Source: Marsupella aquatica
Lineage: Eukaryota; Plantae; Marchantiophyta
Assembly: GCA_973895155.1 (NCBI GenBank)
Contig: OZ316896.1
Coordinates: 21,272,152 to 21,336,151 of the forward strand
Length of the DNA: 64,000 bases
Direction: 5' to 3'
Shown here in pieces: positions 14,553 to 28,904 of the stretch. The notes below the pieces were generated by a model. It saw only the letters and a list, made by a program, of their open reading frames with translations. It did not search any database and had not been told where the DNA came from. Every line of letters begins with the position of its first letter. The stretch's first letter is position 1. The position numbers and the translations under genes are program-made.

Positions 14553-17500
14553 ATGATCCGCATTGCGAGCAAAAGGAGCGGTGGACGCGCCGTGGCCACA
14601 TTAGCGGAGCTCGTGCAGACCTCCTCCAATGCTGCCCTCTACTCGGCAGCGGCGTCGTCCTCTGTGCGAGAAGTGCATCACCAATCTCTGAGCAAGCTTG
14701 TGCGGCAATCTGCAAGCGATGGGAGCAACCCCTTTCATTTCCGTTCCAGTGGTGTTCGCTTCCTCAGCGGGGGAAGATATAGGGAGGACTCCAGCTCCAG
14801 GTGAGCATTGCATAATTATGTACATTGGAATTTTAAGTAGTTTTTAGAGAATCGGAAGGGACACTGAGGCGAGCAATCTAGGGCAATGGATTAATTGATA
14901 TGAGTGCGATGAGTTTTATCTATGCGTTCCTCAGTTCTGCCTTGAGAATTGAGGGGAAAGATTTAGGTTTCGAGATCTAAGGATGACTCCAGCTGAAGTT
15001 GAGCGGTAGGTCTATAGATGGAGTTGATCTAATAATTAAGAATTGTTACCGGACTTGGAGAGAATAACCCGAAGACTTCTTTGTCAATTTAGGGTAATGG
15101 ATAATTTCATAGGAGGAGTCCGAGAAGACCTACATGTGCCTGGTGATCGTTACACCCTGACCTCTATATCTTGTAACAGTAATGCTCTGTTGTTCCTGAT
15201 CATGTTATCCGCGAACTGATTCTTTTCTGCAAATGGTATGCATGTAAGGTTCGACGTCTCTCCTCCTACCAATTGGGGAATACGCATTGTGCCCGAGAAG
15301 AAGGCTTTCGTGATTGAGCGTTTTGGAAAGTATCTGAAGACGTTGGGTTCCGGGATCCATCTTCTGATTCCGTTGGTGGATCGCATTGCTTATGTGCACT
15401 CTTTGAAGGAGGAAGCCATTCCTATTCCCAGTCAGACTGCAATTACGAAGGATAATGTCAGCATATCTATCGACGGGGTCTTGTATGTGAAGGTAAACTC
15501 TGATCATAAGAAGATTATAGAATTGTGTTGGAATGATTTATAGCATTTCAAACCTAAGTCGCTTGTTTGCCGCTGCTGCTAATTGCAAGATAGTAATCGT
15601 AGAGCTCAATCTTTACTATGAAGATTGTTGTCATGATAGTTGGAAGAAGAAGCTTGCGGAATGGAGATCCCTGGAGCTGTAATTCATCCCTCACTGCAGT
15701 GGTGAATTTTTCGCTTTGTTACATTTGAAGGAAGGTGTCACTAAAAGAAAAGTTTTCATGAAAGTCAGTGCACTAAATGGATCCTCAGCGTCATTCTGAG
15801 CCCGGATGCGGTTTGCGTAATATGCAAGCAAGAGAACCTGGGTTCGCGGCTTCATGCTGGACTGGGAATTTTAAACATTTTTTACGCAATAGAAATGATA
15901 TGAGCACGGGATAAACAAATGTGTCTAGGCTCCTCTCATGATGGACAGAGAAATGGTCAGTGCAACCGAACTACCAGGGTTACATGAGCAGTTTGAGATG
16001 GACTTACCCTAATTACTATTATGCATATGAGATGTTTACCTTCTATATAGTAGCTTGTTGCAGGAGGAGCAAGGATTGATTCGCCTGTTCTCTGATCGTG
16101 CAGATAGTAGATCCAATTAAGGCATCCTACGGTGTAGAGAGCCCAGTGTACGCCATTATACAACTGGCTCAAACCACCATGAGAAGTGAGCTCGGCAAAA
16201 TCACACTCGACAAAACGTTTGCGGAGAGAGACACTTTGAATGAGAGCATCGTGGTAAGCCAGAATTGAGTTCAGCTGGGTGGCAGACAGAATCATGAGGC
16301 AGAGGTCTGCTATTGCAGTCACTCTCTGCTGTGTTTCTGGCTGTTCGTCATGGAATTGTTTCGGGGAGTTGCATATAGCTGGCTGCAAAATCTTATCTGA
16401 TGCTGTGAAAGGTAGACTGCACTAGAACTGCCATCATGTTTCCGTTTCTGCGAGATAATTTGGGTTCAATGCTAGGGTCCTCCTTATTTATGGTCAATCG
16501 AAAGTGCTTTGAATCTCCAATGCCTGAAGGGGATGAGAAAACTCTTTAGATCCTGAACTTAGGTTCGAAAATATTGGAGAAATTTCCTACGTAGAAAATG
16601 GCAGGGTTTCTATACGGGCTCACTATTTTAGTGTCCCTGTCTCAGCACCTCATATACATAATTCATATTTAGGGTCAGCTCATACACGTTTTAATCCATT
16701 TTTGGACTTTTTCTCAAGACGAGATTTATTTTGGTTGTAGAAATCAATCAATGATGCCGCCACTGATTGGGGTCTCCAATGCCTACGCTATGAGATCCGT
16801 AAGTACAAGCTAACTCTTGTAATAATATCTCATTATGTGCTCCCGACGTATCTCCTTTGTACTCCACTTGGTCATTTTTAGCATGTCAAACATCTTTTAG
16901 ATCAAAGTTTGATGTGTTATACTGTGCTCTATGCAGGTGATATCAATCCACCTCCTGGTATAAGAGCTGCCATGGAGATGCAAGCCGAAGCTGAGCGGAA
17001 AAAGAGAGCTCAAGTCCTGGAGTCTGAGGGTACTCTATTTCCAATTGCTGAATTGCTGGATTGCTGATTTATGAATATTTAGATCTTCTGAACCTGATTA
17101 GTTTACTTTTTTGTATTACTTTCCAATGTGTATCCCCGTGTACTGCTTCCAACCTCCACACTTTGACACACACTGTTGGATCTCGTGTTCGTCTTCAGGA
17201 GAGCGTCAGGCCAATATAAATATTGCAGATGGAAAGAAGAGCTCAGTGATCTTGGAATCTGAGGCTGCCATGATGGATCAAGTGAACCGGGCAAAAGGTA
17301 GTGGTCTCTTTTCCGGCGCTGCACGTGTGCCCCCCAGATGATGCGCGGGGCATATTTGCTGTTGTGTTCACTTAGGTCCTACCGTCACCTCTGGGATCGG
17401 ATAATTCACATGTCCAATAAGGAAGAATGGAGGAATTGTCGTAATGCTCTAACAGGATTCATAACTCGACCATATGCTAATGAAATTTGTTATTTGTTAT

Positions 17501-18478
17501 CTGTTTTTGCATTGAATTTGTTATTGTGAATTTACCGGCTTGCCTATTGCATTTTCATCCCCAATAGAGTCAACACCTGATGTCGGGATGAATACTTTTA
17601 CAGGAGAGGCCGAGGCAATCTTTGCTAGAGCACAAGCCACTGCAAAGGGCATCAAGGAGCTTTCCAATGCCATTCGGGCTGAAGGGGGTGCTGAGGTTTG
17701 TCCTCCTGCCACAGTCAATTGTTGTCAGTTGCCGCTGGAAATATATTGCTGCGTACGGCGTAACCCTGTCAATCCGGGTTGCACGTTCATTCATTTACAT
17801 ATCGAAGATGTGTCACGGATGGAGTCTGGGACGTCCATAAGGTAAAACCATAATGTGGTCATCGAAAATCTGCTTGTATGATTCTGAAATTTTTCATGCG
17901 ACGTCCAGGCGGCTTCGTTGAGAGTGGCAGAACAATACCTTGTTGCGTTTAGCAACATTGCCAAAGAGGTACACCGGTTATGGCTCAATGCAAACTCTTT
18001 CAAATGTGATGGTTGCTGACCATTATCTACTTTCTGAACGCGACATTACAGATTTAGACATTTGGAAGAAAGCTAGCAAGCACTGTAGTTTTGATGGACT
18101 AGTTTTGTGTGCCAGGAATGTGGGCGTTGATATTGATTTTTTCTTACTTGCGTACAGGGTACTACCATGCTACTGCCAGCCAATGCAGGTGATCCAGCTG
18201 CAATGATGGCTCAGGCAATGTCAATCTACAAAGGTGTTGTTGGCCCTGGTGGAACCACGAACCATCCATCACGAGTAGGGCATGGCTCTGCCCTTGAATC
18301 AAGTGCAAAGGCAAGTAGTCGTCGAGATGATGAGGTTTGGGAACCATCTACTAAGTCAGATCGTCAGGCCCATACACAAAAGGGAGATATCACTGTCAGG
18401 GCACCACCCTTCGGCGGAGACCCGGTTTTCACCCTTCAAAATCCTACAAACCCGTTTTCCCTCTCTCGAAGTGAGTAG
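14553..18478 (+). CDS. Mitochondrial stomatin-like protein (SPFH/Band 7; SLP1/SLP2 family), 9 coding exons
   Basis: Exons 14553..14800, 15249..15492, 16104..16253, 16741..16798, 16937..17029, 17199..17297, 17604..17695, 17909..17968, 18158..18478, all GT-AG. Arg/Ser/Ala-rich presequence, then [21 protein letters not shown]...[18 protein letters not shown]...[20 protein letters not shown]...[13 protein letters not shown]...[17 protein letters not shown]...[27 protein letters not shown]. Confidence 0.95.
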
Positions 18479-19870
18479 GTATACATCAATTTTTGATCCA
18501 TCTCTTGAGGTATTGTAGAGTCGGAGAAGGCCCTTAATATAGAGGCAGTTTCACAGTAATATGTCCAGCTAAGGACGATTACATGATACTGTCGCCGGTT
18601 GATGAGGAATGATGAGGGATTTAGAAAATTACAGATAGGATCAATTCAGAATTTCAAATGAAAGCTGGTCCCGCTAATCATACTGGATACCTCTTTAGAA
18701 TGTTGTCAGGTTCCAGGATATGAGCAAGTCACAAAGGACCAAAGCAAAATATCCCAAATGTCACCTTCGTTACTTCCACAATTCATTTCCAAGAGCGCTG
18801 CTGGTCTGGGAAAAGGCTGTGGTGCTGGACGTTCAATTCTAAAAGTTGTTTAGTTATCTGCCTTCAAGCGATTGCGAAGTTCCACAAGCATCGTCAGAGT
18901 ACCAAGCTCTCACACTCTGGGGATATGTCAATTGGAATTAATTCAATGGGAATCGTTTTCGTGCTGTCCAAGAGTAATTCCAGCCGTGTGAGCTATTTAC
19001 ATACACTGTCTTAGTGTCCAAAGGTGTTACGTTGTGTGATAATGTGCATCTGAAATGACAAGGCTATCTTGAGATGCCCGGTTCTTGATTCGATTCCAGT
19101 CTTTGTCTAGTTTTGTTTTATAATGATTTGACGGAAGTGCCTCGAGGGCCCACAGGACACAGTAACGCAATCAATTTTGTTTGGAATGGCCTTTGCTGAT
19201 ACTGGTACGTAAAGCACACTCCGCTTTCTATGGTAAGTGGAGGCACTTGTGTTACGTCTTGAATCGTAGCTCCAATTTTATATTTTGTCTTCGCCATCAA
19301 AGCTAAGAAGATCATTGTTTGGCCCGTTCAATGAGACTTGATATCGTCAGCTGCTTCTGTCTTTGAGTGCAGATATCTCGCATTAACACCTGATGTTATC
19401 TCCTCATTTGATTGTCACCTATTCAAATATTTTCTCAGAGCTGGGATTCGAGGATGGGACGTTTTATATTTAGGGGGGGGGGGGTTTATTACCTAGGTGT
19501 AATAATTGTCCAACAAACCCTCTCGTTTAATATTGGACAGGGCAAAAGGGTCGTTTCCTCCCCCCACAAGGAACGCCACTACTATTCCCCTGGTTACGAA
19601 ACATACTCAAAAGTGCTGGTGAGATAGTGATGCGTCAATCCCGAGGTGACTGATTTGTTATCTTGCTATGGTTTTGGGGGATTTGTTGTCTTGTCATTGT
19701 TTTTAGACAAAATCGGTACCTTTACTATTTTTATTTTGTACATTAGAAAGCCACTATTCTACCCAAGATGGTTAGATGTATGGGACCACACCCAAGATTG
19801 CCTTCCCACACCTCCTGACTTAGATCCTGCCTCCCAGTTTGATGGCTGTTGTTTTTTGGAAGTGTGATAT

Positions 19871-19982
19871 ACACCCACATCCCAGTTTGGAGCTTTGCTC
19901 TTTCGTTCTCTGGAAGTGGGATCCACACCCGCATCCCAGTTTGGAGTGGACGTGTGAGATACACCCATATCCCAGTTAGGAG
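19871..19982. repeat. 22-bp motif ACACCC(A/G)(C/T)ATCCCAGTT(T/A)GGAG x3 with unequal spacers
   Basis: Copies at 19871, 19925 and 19961, with spacers of 32 and 14 nt. Confidence 0.7.
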
Positions 19983-21970
19983 CTTTTGTTCTTTGGCAGT
20001 TCAATTCTACTAGTACCATTGGGTTTTGGCAAAAAAACAAATATATCGTTCCAATGTCATTTTTGGTTTGTGTTGGGGGAATGGAATTAGAAAATAATTG
20101 AGAGAATCACTCTTCACCTTGGAATCTTCCCAGCATGCATGTCTCTAGCGATTCTGTCTACCTAGGTGTAGAAGTCTTAAACCAAGGGCCCTCCTTTCAC
20201 CTTGCCTGGAGGGCTTTAGGCCATTCAACTTCCATCCCTCAGTCTGCAAGAAAGCACTGGGTGGGAAGGGTAGCTCAAATATCCAGGAAAAGCAATGCTG
20301 AAGGAGTTGTCATCGGGTAGAGAACACACAAGCACAGCCAGGTTACATGTGATTTATCAGGTGCTTTAGAGGCTATGGCATGGTCGCAATGAACACATGT
20401 TTCAACTGGGGGATTGTCTTTTGAATTGGGTATTGGTGCTTTCTGAGGTGGCGGACCACTTGGTGGCAGTGGGACACTGGGTGTCTTTTGGGTGAAAACA
20501 TTTGCCCTTGCTATGGGCCAAGGGCTGGATTGATGTCCAACGTCGGTCTTGGCTGTCTCTTCCGGCATGGTCTGAAGGGGATTGAGAGTATGAACTGGTG
20601 GTTGGTCCCTCTGGCCTTGCTCCAGTGTCCACTGGGCTTTTGGGGGTAGTCTGCTGTCCCTCATGGCCTTTCCTCGTGGGGGGCTTTCCTGAGGGTGAGG
20701 CCTCCCTGCCGCCCTTTTGTCAAATTTTCTGGCTCAAATGTTGGGTTGTGTCATTGTGCTGTGGTGTCCTGTTATGGGGCTGTTTGTTCCCCCTTCCGAT
20801 TGGGTTTTCGTGGTCATTTTAAATAAAGAATATACATTCCAAGGAAATATCCAGGAAAAGTTGACCCACAAAGCACGAAAGGCAGTTAACCCCCAGTACT
20901 CATTCCACGCCAATCACTATAATATCCAGTCCCGCAAATGGGAGTCGTTGATGGCCTTCAAAATTATTTTGTAAGTTACTTGGGCCGTGGAATTAATTGA
21001 AAATGGGGCATACTATAAACTTGAGCAAATGTGTAGGAAGAGTCCAAAGGAATGCAAATAGAGGGAGTACAATTAACAACACATGCCCTCTTTGAAAAGG
21101 GAAATGCAAGACACAAATTCAAGGAGAAGAAAAAAGAGAAAAGAGAAAAGGAAAAGGGGAGGGAAGAGAATTGGGAAGGAATATGGGAGGAAGCCATAAG
21201 GGGGTTTGGTTGATTTTTCTGTTGCTCAGCACACTTGTTTGCCCTGCCCTATGTCTAGACTAGGGCCAAATTGCATGTGAGACCCTTAAGCATGCGGCCC
21301 TCTGCACTCCTGATACTCTCGGAAAAAAGTAGCACTTGATAATATAGTCTGATACAAATCTGGTTCCTTACTTCTCCCCCTACTTCCCAATGAAGAAAGA
21401 GTTTTCAACAAGTGTACATTTTTTAAAAAGTTTTTTTCACAAGGCAAAGGTTGGGGACCTGTAAGGGCTGGAAAGTTTCTGGCCCTTACCTTTGGAAATG
21501 CATCAAGGATGGTGCTGTCAGGCTTGGCAATCAGGAGGTTCAGCTGGGTACATCTCATTCAGTGATATGCTGGCATGTGAGGCATTTAGGGCCGCATTTT
21601 GAAAGGCTGGGAACTTGCAAGTTGGGGCTTAGTCTCACCTTGGCTTTCACCTCAGCTCTTGCCTGATTCTCTCTCTGATTCTCTCTACCCCTTTGTGTCT
21701 TCCATCCCCTACTTATTTGTTGTTTTCTGCACTGTTTGCCTCCACAGATTTCTGCAACAACAACATTTTTGCAATGACACTTTCTGCAACCATAACACCA
21801 GGGAGTGCGGGTGCAGACTAGGGAGAGGCAAGGGGAGGAGAGAGAAGGAGAATCTACATCAGCAGTACAACCAGAACATAAACCTAAACACATGTAATTT
21901 ACTTCACTTAGGTTGTAGATCATAAATATAATGTTTTGGTTTTGTTCTGCACATTAAGTTATTCACTCTA

Positions 21971-22090
21971 CTTAGTTTGTAGATTAAATTGTTCACTTGA
22001 CTTAGTTTGTAGATTAAATTGTTCACTTGACCTAGTTTGTAGATCATAAATATTTTGGTTTACTTAGTTTGTAGATAATAAATATTTTGG
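21971..22090. repeat. AT-rich minisatellite, about 30-bp unit, about 4 copies
   Basis: cttagtttgtagattaaattgttcacttga at 21971 and 22001, with degenerate copies at 22031 and 22063. Confidence 0.8.
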
Positions 22091-24468
22091 TTTTTGTTGT
22101 GGTGTATATTGAGCACATTAAGTTGACATAGATTTAACACATAGCATAGATTTAACACAGGTATAATAATAACTTCTTCCATAAAATAGAGGACGGTACC
22201 CTCAATGATGCCCAATCAGCCAATCATCGTGGAGACGAACCTAAATCCTGGAACGACGAAAAGGCTGAGGACTCAATCGATGAGTATCTTCTGCGCAGTT
22301 GGGGATTGACTTCAGGAAGATGTCATCTGCTTCGAAAGTTCTCAACTTCTCAAGTACAGAAGTCAGTTCTCGAGTCCCCAAATTCCGTATTGCATGAAGT
22401 GAGATGTCCTTTACCTTCTTGGTGTTGACCTGACCTGTATCCCGATTTTTGAGCTGATTCCCAGATTTCCAGGAGGAGGCTCATTTATCATGGAATCGGG
22501 AGCGACGAGAGATTTCCAAATTTCTCACTTCCCCAGCAGAAAGAGAGGTGAAGATCAAGATCCACCATGTTAGTAGCGCAGAGATCATGTCAAAGGGTGA
22601 ACATCTGTGTTCGCATTGCTCCAGACTTTGAATTCCTCGGAGTGGAGGTGCCAAATCCTGATCAACCAATTGGGGAGTCCTGAACATGATTGTGCAGCTG
22701 CAATAACAATGGAGTTGATTTCAACAGCTCACATCAATTTCTACTCTGCTCCACTAAAACTGTTTCCATCGTCACCTTCATGACTCTCAGATTTGTGGAG
22801 AGGTTTTTCTCCTCCTTGCCAGCGATATCGAACACTCCTGCCCGAGAATTGGAAGGTGAGGAGATATGGTGTTCGAGGATTTTGTCGCCTCCGTGTATAG
22901 AATAGTAAGTGAGACCGGTTTTGCTGCAAAGGATACGTTCTTCTGGCCATGGAAAGTGGACGTCAAGTTGAGGCATCTCTACTGTAGTTGTCATTGCTTC
23001 CGATCCTTTGGGTCCCACATGATTTACTACACTACAAGTCAATGCACATGCCACCATCAGCCCTTGCATCATTCTCAAGTCACTTCCAAAATTGGAATGT
23101 CCGCCAGCTCCACTACATCAGTGCCTATCTGTCTCCCAGGATATTGCTGGCCGATGATATTGCCACCATGCCTTCCCAGCAAGCTATTGTGGGAGATGAC
23201 GTTGCCACTTGATGCGGTTAAAATCGCCCAGTGTTGCCCGCGGGATTGCGCATTTTCCAAACGGTCGGTGGGTTCAACTGGCGAGTGCCGATCCGGTTGG
23301 TAAGAATGAAGGTGAATTCGAGGAATGCTATTCGGAAGCGATTATATGAAATGGATTTTGACTGTCTGACGTTTTGAAAGGTCACCGAAACAAGCTCAGA
23401 TTTTGCCTTCTGTTGGGACTCGTCCACAATTTCTGCTCCGATTGGAGAAGGGCTGGGCTGCTGAAGTGAGAGCAGAGGCCGCCGCTGTAGGTCTTTGGGT
23501 GGGAAGAGTTTCGCAGTTACACCTTCTTCTCGAAGCGTATTCAACAGAGCAGTGCCTGTTCCGCTGTAGGGTGAGGTGGGTTCGCAGAACTGTGGGTTGG
23601 AGATATCATGTCACGGTACTGGGTCAGCAGGGCTCCGCGAATATTGCTACCTTACTCCTCTGCCTCGGCTCCAACGATTTTCCTGTCGTTTGCGAGCGAC
23701 ACACCTTACGTTGGACGCTTGATGGCTCCTCTCTTTCTCTCTAAACAGAAACTGCTAGAATCCGCACAGTGACTTCCAGTCTCTCTGCCTCTCTCAATCT
23801 ATCCAGCAAGCGAATAGGAGATAGTCCCTCGGGATGCACAACACAACGTGTGACATACAGCACGCGTGAGGAACCAATCATCTCTTTCTCTCTAAACGAA
23901 ACACAGTGAAGTTGCGAAAGATTGACGTCTGTCATCGATCTCTGTTTTTCCCTCTCTTTCACGCGAATTTTGCAGAGACTGTTTGTCTCTTGTTACCACA
24001 GTCGAGAACCCAGTAAATTACAGGTCTCCCTGATTCTTCGTACCATTGGAGGCATTTGAACTGAAATTACTTGGCTGTTCGAGTTGGCGTTTTCATTCCT
24101 CTCGGCCAGCGCCATCACCATCTAGACATCGCATGTGGATAAATCATCTTTCTCCGGAAAAGTATCGCTATTTTGCATGACTAGTAGATGGTTTCCATTC
24201 ATATAGCCGATTTAGAATTTTGCAGCAAGGAATAGAGATTTAAGACCGAACAGGAGATTTAGACTGGACTGGATTCATTTAGCAGGGTGATTTCAGCAAG
24301 GGGACACTCGAGACTGGCCTGGATTTGGTGATCAGGGTTGGGGATTTTGAAGGTCGTGGGGAGCCAACGAAGGAACTTCAGTCATCTACACGGCTGCGGG
24401 AGTTAGCAAATGTAGTGGCTGGTCATGAATCTGTTCAGCAGCTGATACTACTTAACAGGGAAACGACC

Positions 24469-27400
24469 ATGAAGTTTGGGAGGGCGTACACGATCTATGT
24501 GCAGACAGAGGTACCGCGGATCATGCCCAAGTGCCCGTATGTGGAGTTCAAGAGATTCAAGAAGCTTCTGAAGCGATGTCCTCATCTACTGGCTCCTCCA
24601 GATGGTACAGATGCAGGACAGAATGCCTCAGATGGCGTTGCTACCGTCTCGTCTGATGCCACTACTACATCTAGTTCTGATGTTGCCTTACAAGGAGTGG
24701 CGGTCAGCGAGTATGACGAGCATTCTAGCGTTTCCACCACCGGTATTGCTACGAGGGAAAACCCAAGCAGCGAAGCTAGTGAAGGATCACATGTTTCTTG
24801 TGCTGGTAAGAAGAATGGAAAAAGTTCTCAACACTTTACTGAGTCGAGTCGATTCTCTCAGTTGTTCGTTTATCCTACCTAGCTATATTCTCTGGCTCTA
24901 CGCACAGAGTACTGTACCTAGCAACGATTGTTTTCTCAATGCTGTGTTTGAGCTTTGAAAGCCTTTCATTGTTCTCACAATTTGCCACATTTGATAAAAC
25001 ACGTTTTTGCGATTTGTTTCACTCGATTGACTGATCTTACTGCGTGTAAACCTAATGATCAAATTACGCAACAAAAAATTGAAACACATTAATTGAAGCA
25101 CGGAGATGGAGAGGTGAAGGTCCTGCCAGTAGAAATTTGACGCTGAACGACCTTAATTCATTTAATCAATTTATCATCCTTCTAACTTATCTCAGAAGGT
25201 CATCCAAACTGCTAAGGGGGGTGGACAATGGCCATAAGACACAACCTCCATTCATTCATTCATTCGGTCAATCAGTCAGTCAGCCACTCATTCAAGGTTT
25301 GTTTATTGATCTCCTCAGGAAAAAGTTTTTGGAACATATCTCTCAAAGTATGTAACCTTGCTGGTTTGTTGGACGGTATGTGGCAGCTTGTGATGCCCAA
25401 TTTTTCCCTGATCTGGACAAGGCGGTATCAGAGGTGGTGGGGTGCTTCAAAGCCTGCGCAGAAGATTTGTTGCGCCAGCACATGGCTACGGGACTTCGGA
25501 AGTATTTCATGCGGCTAAGAAAGAAAATGGCAGGGGACGAAGTCACCATTGCTCAAGTGGGAAACATGCTTGTGAGCTACGGCTGCATGAACTCACTGGC
25601 CGTCCGCAAGATTTTGAAGAAGTACGATAAGGTAATACGATTTCAATATTTATTTTGAATACTTTCATATGCAAATCACCCTCACCGCATTGCAGACGCC
25701 CACACCTTGTGTATGAGTTTCTTCGAATTCAATTCGAAATAAAATTCCTAGGTTGCTCAATATGTAGTCTTGCTATAATTTGTGGACCAGATTAAGATTT
25801 AGGGGTGATTCGAATCTCAAGCAGCAAACGTTGCAAGCATTAAATGTCGAAAATTAAAATACGGTGCAATTTCTCACTGCGATCCTGACGATTTTTTCCT
25901 CTTCAAGATCCATAGTTCGGACTCTGGAAGGGCATTCAAGTCACGTTTACAAGTGAGGCGGATGGAGCTCTTACAATCGCCGCTACTTATCGAATTGGGT
26001 GCTCTTGCGGTCAACCTCGTGAGCGTTCAAGTCCCTGCCCCTGCCGCCCAGCTGTCCGAACCCCAACCTCAGGAGCGCGGAGACCATTCTTGCAACTTCG
26101 ATGATGAGAAGCAAACGATTACCTACTCGCTGCCAGGTGGATTGCGGCTGGATTTTGACCTCACTTGCTCCATCTGCCTGGTATGTCCAATAAGTCAGCT
26201 ATCTTTCACCTTCCTGGGTTTGCCGACCATGGAATTGTTGACACAGTTCACCTTGAAGGGTGTTGCTAGCAAAAAATGCAATGACTCTTCCATACGGGCT
26301 TTTCTATAGCACTAACAGAGCAGGGCAGTACCTCATGCTCTAGTGTTGGTGTTCCTCGTAGTTGCACGCTATTTTGAAAAATCTTGCTCTAAATAGATTC
26401 AAGGTTCCTTTCGGAAATTGAACTGGTATGAAAAGTACCAGTTAATGTGCCTTCTTCGCAGACGATTCTCAGGGCGGTGTCAAGCTAACGCTCTCGAAGG
26501 ATGGCTTATTCTACACTAAATACATATTTACCGTAGCTACATGTTCGATCACAATTTGATCTGTCAGCTCCAAAAGAGTTTTATCATGTACACCGTTTCT
26601 GATTAATTTTTGCGATTTGCGTACACTCGTAATGGTTCCACAGGAGGTTGTCTTCGACCCAATGGCTTTGTCGTGCGGACACATCTTCTGCAATAGTTGT
26701 GTTTGCACTGCAGCCGCGGTGTCGATGTTTGACGGCGTCACTACTGCCAGGCGAAGCAAGAAGTGCCCTCTCTGCAGACAGGTTTGCACCCAGTAGACAC
26801 GACTGTTCTTTGCAAGTGCTTCTGTCACCGGGAAATGCTTTGCAGGTGTTAGTTTTGTACCCGGGAACAAATTGTAAAAACAAGATTGGTTTAGAGATAG
26901 CACAGCCCGTGTTTGAGCATTAAAGAGACCATCTGTCTAGACACTGTTTTTCTCGCCCGAGGACGTCTCTGTTTGGTTTTAAACAGAAAGCTTGCACAAC
27001 TTTCAAACTCACAATCATGCTCAAAGTCAACACCCTACTCGAGCACAGTTGTCTTTAGGCTCTGCACCAGGTATTAGACCTTGGAATTGTACGCACACGA
27101 AAGCTCCGGAACTTCTGTCAACATCATTGTACCAAGCTGACAGTCGCTCCACTCATACCTACATCTTGGAGATTTTAGCATTGTTTCGATGATCATGTTT
27201 CTCTTGCCGTGGTAGAAGCACACTTGATATCGCTCCTATTGGGACAAGCTGTAGGAGTACAGAACGAGACTATTCACGAATTTCTGTTGAATTCTTCCCG
27301 CGCAGACTGGAGTGTATGCCGACGCTGTGGCAATGGGGGAGCTTCACATACTCGTCAGTGAAAGGTATGTGCCTACACTAGGAGGCTGTAGGCCATCTCT

Positions 27401-27655
27401 AGGACGGATTCGCTTCACGTGGACATTGAATTGAGAGTTGTAACATGTCCGTCATCATGTAGACTAGACGGTACGAAGGAATTACGGAAATTTGGCGGTG
27501 ATCGTCAAAGTTGATCTAACTTCGTTAGTGTTTCTTTGCCTCTTTCCAGGTGTTCAAGTTACTATAATGAGAGGCTTCCTGCAGAGCGTGAGAAGCGAAT
27601 CTTAGACGCGAAAGTCCACTGGGAGAGCCAGACTCAGAAATTTCTACGCTTGTGA
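24469..27655 (+). CDS. BAH1: SPX-RING E3 ubiquitin ligase, NLA/BAH1-like, 6 coding exons
   Basis: Exons 24469..24805, 25387..25631, 25908..26180, 26644..26781, 27306..27364, 27550..27655. SPX start MKFG...FKRFKKLLKRC, CDAQFFP, NSLAVRKILKKYDKIH. C3HC4 RING: DLTCSICL|EVVFDPMALSCGHIFCNSCVC...KCPLCRQ. C-terminus ER...R...AKVHWESQ is typical of NLA/BAH1. Confidence 0.93.
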
Positions 27656-28904
27656 TTGGATTTGTGCAGCATCTCTACTTTTAGGACCTTAGAGGAACGG
27701 CTTTTCTGTACAAAACGAACTTCTTGATATCGAAATGTAGGGGACTTTGGATTGATCTGAGGCACATCAGTTCCTCAGATGCCTTCGAGCGTCCATCAAG
27801 ATTGTACTGTATATATCAGGTTATATTATATCCATCCATAAACTATTAATTTCTTCTGAATACGTTCCAAACCTTCTCCGCGGCTCTCTTCAACCCTCTA
27901 GTCCGGGCTTTCCGCGAGATCTTCTGTGAAATGAACAGACACATAGTGAATCTCTTCATCCTCATTTCCTGAATGTCTGAGTCCAGGGCCTTCATAGTAG
28001 GAGCCTGATTGTAGGAGGATGCAGGAACCTTGATGAAAGTCACGAGTGGTCTTTGAATGCGACAGTCATTTTTTTGAAGTGGTCAATTTTTCTTGGACCT
28101 CGACGTCCAGCAAATCTTTATCATTCTAAAACAGAGCGGGAACTCAAAAAAATTAATTCCGAGCTCTGTCTGCTCTTTTACCTGTCACCCCTCTTGCTCG
28201 TCAAAGACATGGCTGAATACAACATCAGAACCCACCAACTCCGTCCACAAACAGAGCGATTTACGTGCACTACATTCGGGCTCTGCTCGAAACCGTGCTA
28301 ACTGTCCATTGAACGGGAATCCCTGGGGCTTCACCACTTGAGTGACAATTGAGCTAGTCTAGCCTCTATGGTCGTCCAATAACATTCACTAGTAGGCCAG
28401 CATACCCTAAAACGGAGGAAAAAATTAGAGCGAAATTCAATGGCCGAGCTTTCTTTAGCAAGTTTACACACCTGGACAATAATCCAGGCAATGAATAACA
28501 GATGAATAATACCAACACTGGGTTATTCGGACCTGTTGATGTGCCTGCCCAGAATAGCAGGGAATCTAAACTACAAAGATTTCTTACGCCCCTTCAAAGG
28601 GATCCCTCAAAAAGTATTACCTACACCGAAGTGTGGAAGGGCTATTGTCTGGCCAACAACAGTCCCACAATCCACATCCATTTCCTTTCAAAGTTGAAAA
28701 TGGAGATCAATGATTCTCATGGCTGCCGGCCTAATTGAATGGACGTTTCTTCTCAGGTTAATGCAATGCATGCCTGCCGACTAGATAGATCCCTCCCCTG
28801 GCTATCTATCTACCGATTTCCCCTGCTCATGGCGGTAGTACTTACCACGGGACTAGAGACATTAATGAGCTCAGCTGGTATAAGCTTCCTACTCAACTGT
28901 ACAT

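Noticed and set aside
19871-19982. CRISPR-like repeat-spacer arrangement
   Set aside because: Only three copies with unequal spacers (32 and 14 nt), a eukaryotic context and no cas genes.
24370-24390. Possible miR827 site in the NLA-like 5' UTR (GTCATCTA)
   Set aside because: Only about 8 nt of complementarity, and miR827 is not established in bryophytes.
24325-24468. N-terminal extension of ORF 24325..24882
   Set aside because: It starts at a non-ATG codon. SPX domains begin at MKF, so ATG 24469 is the likely start.
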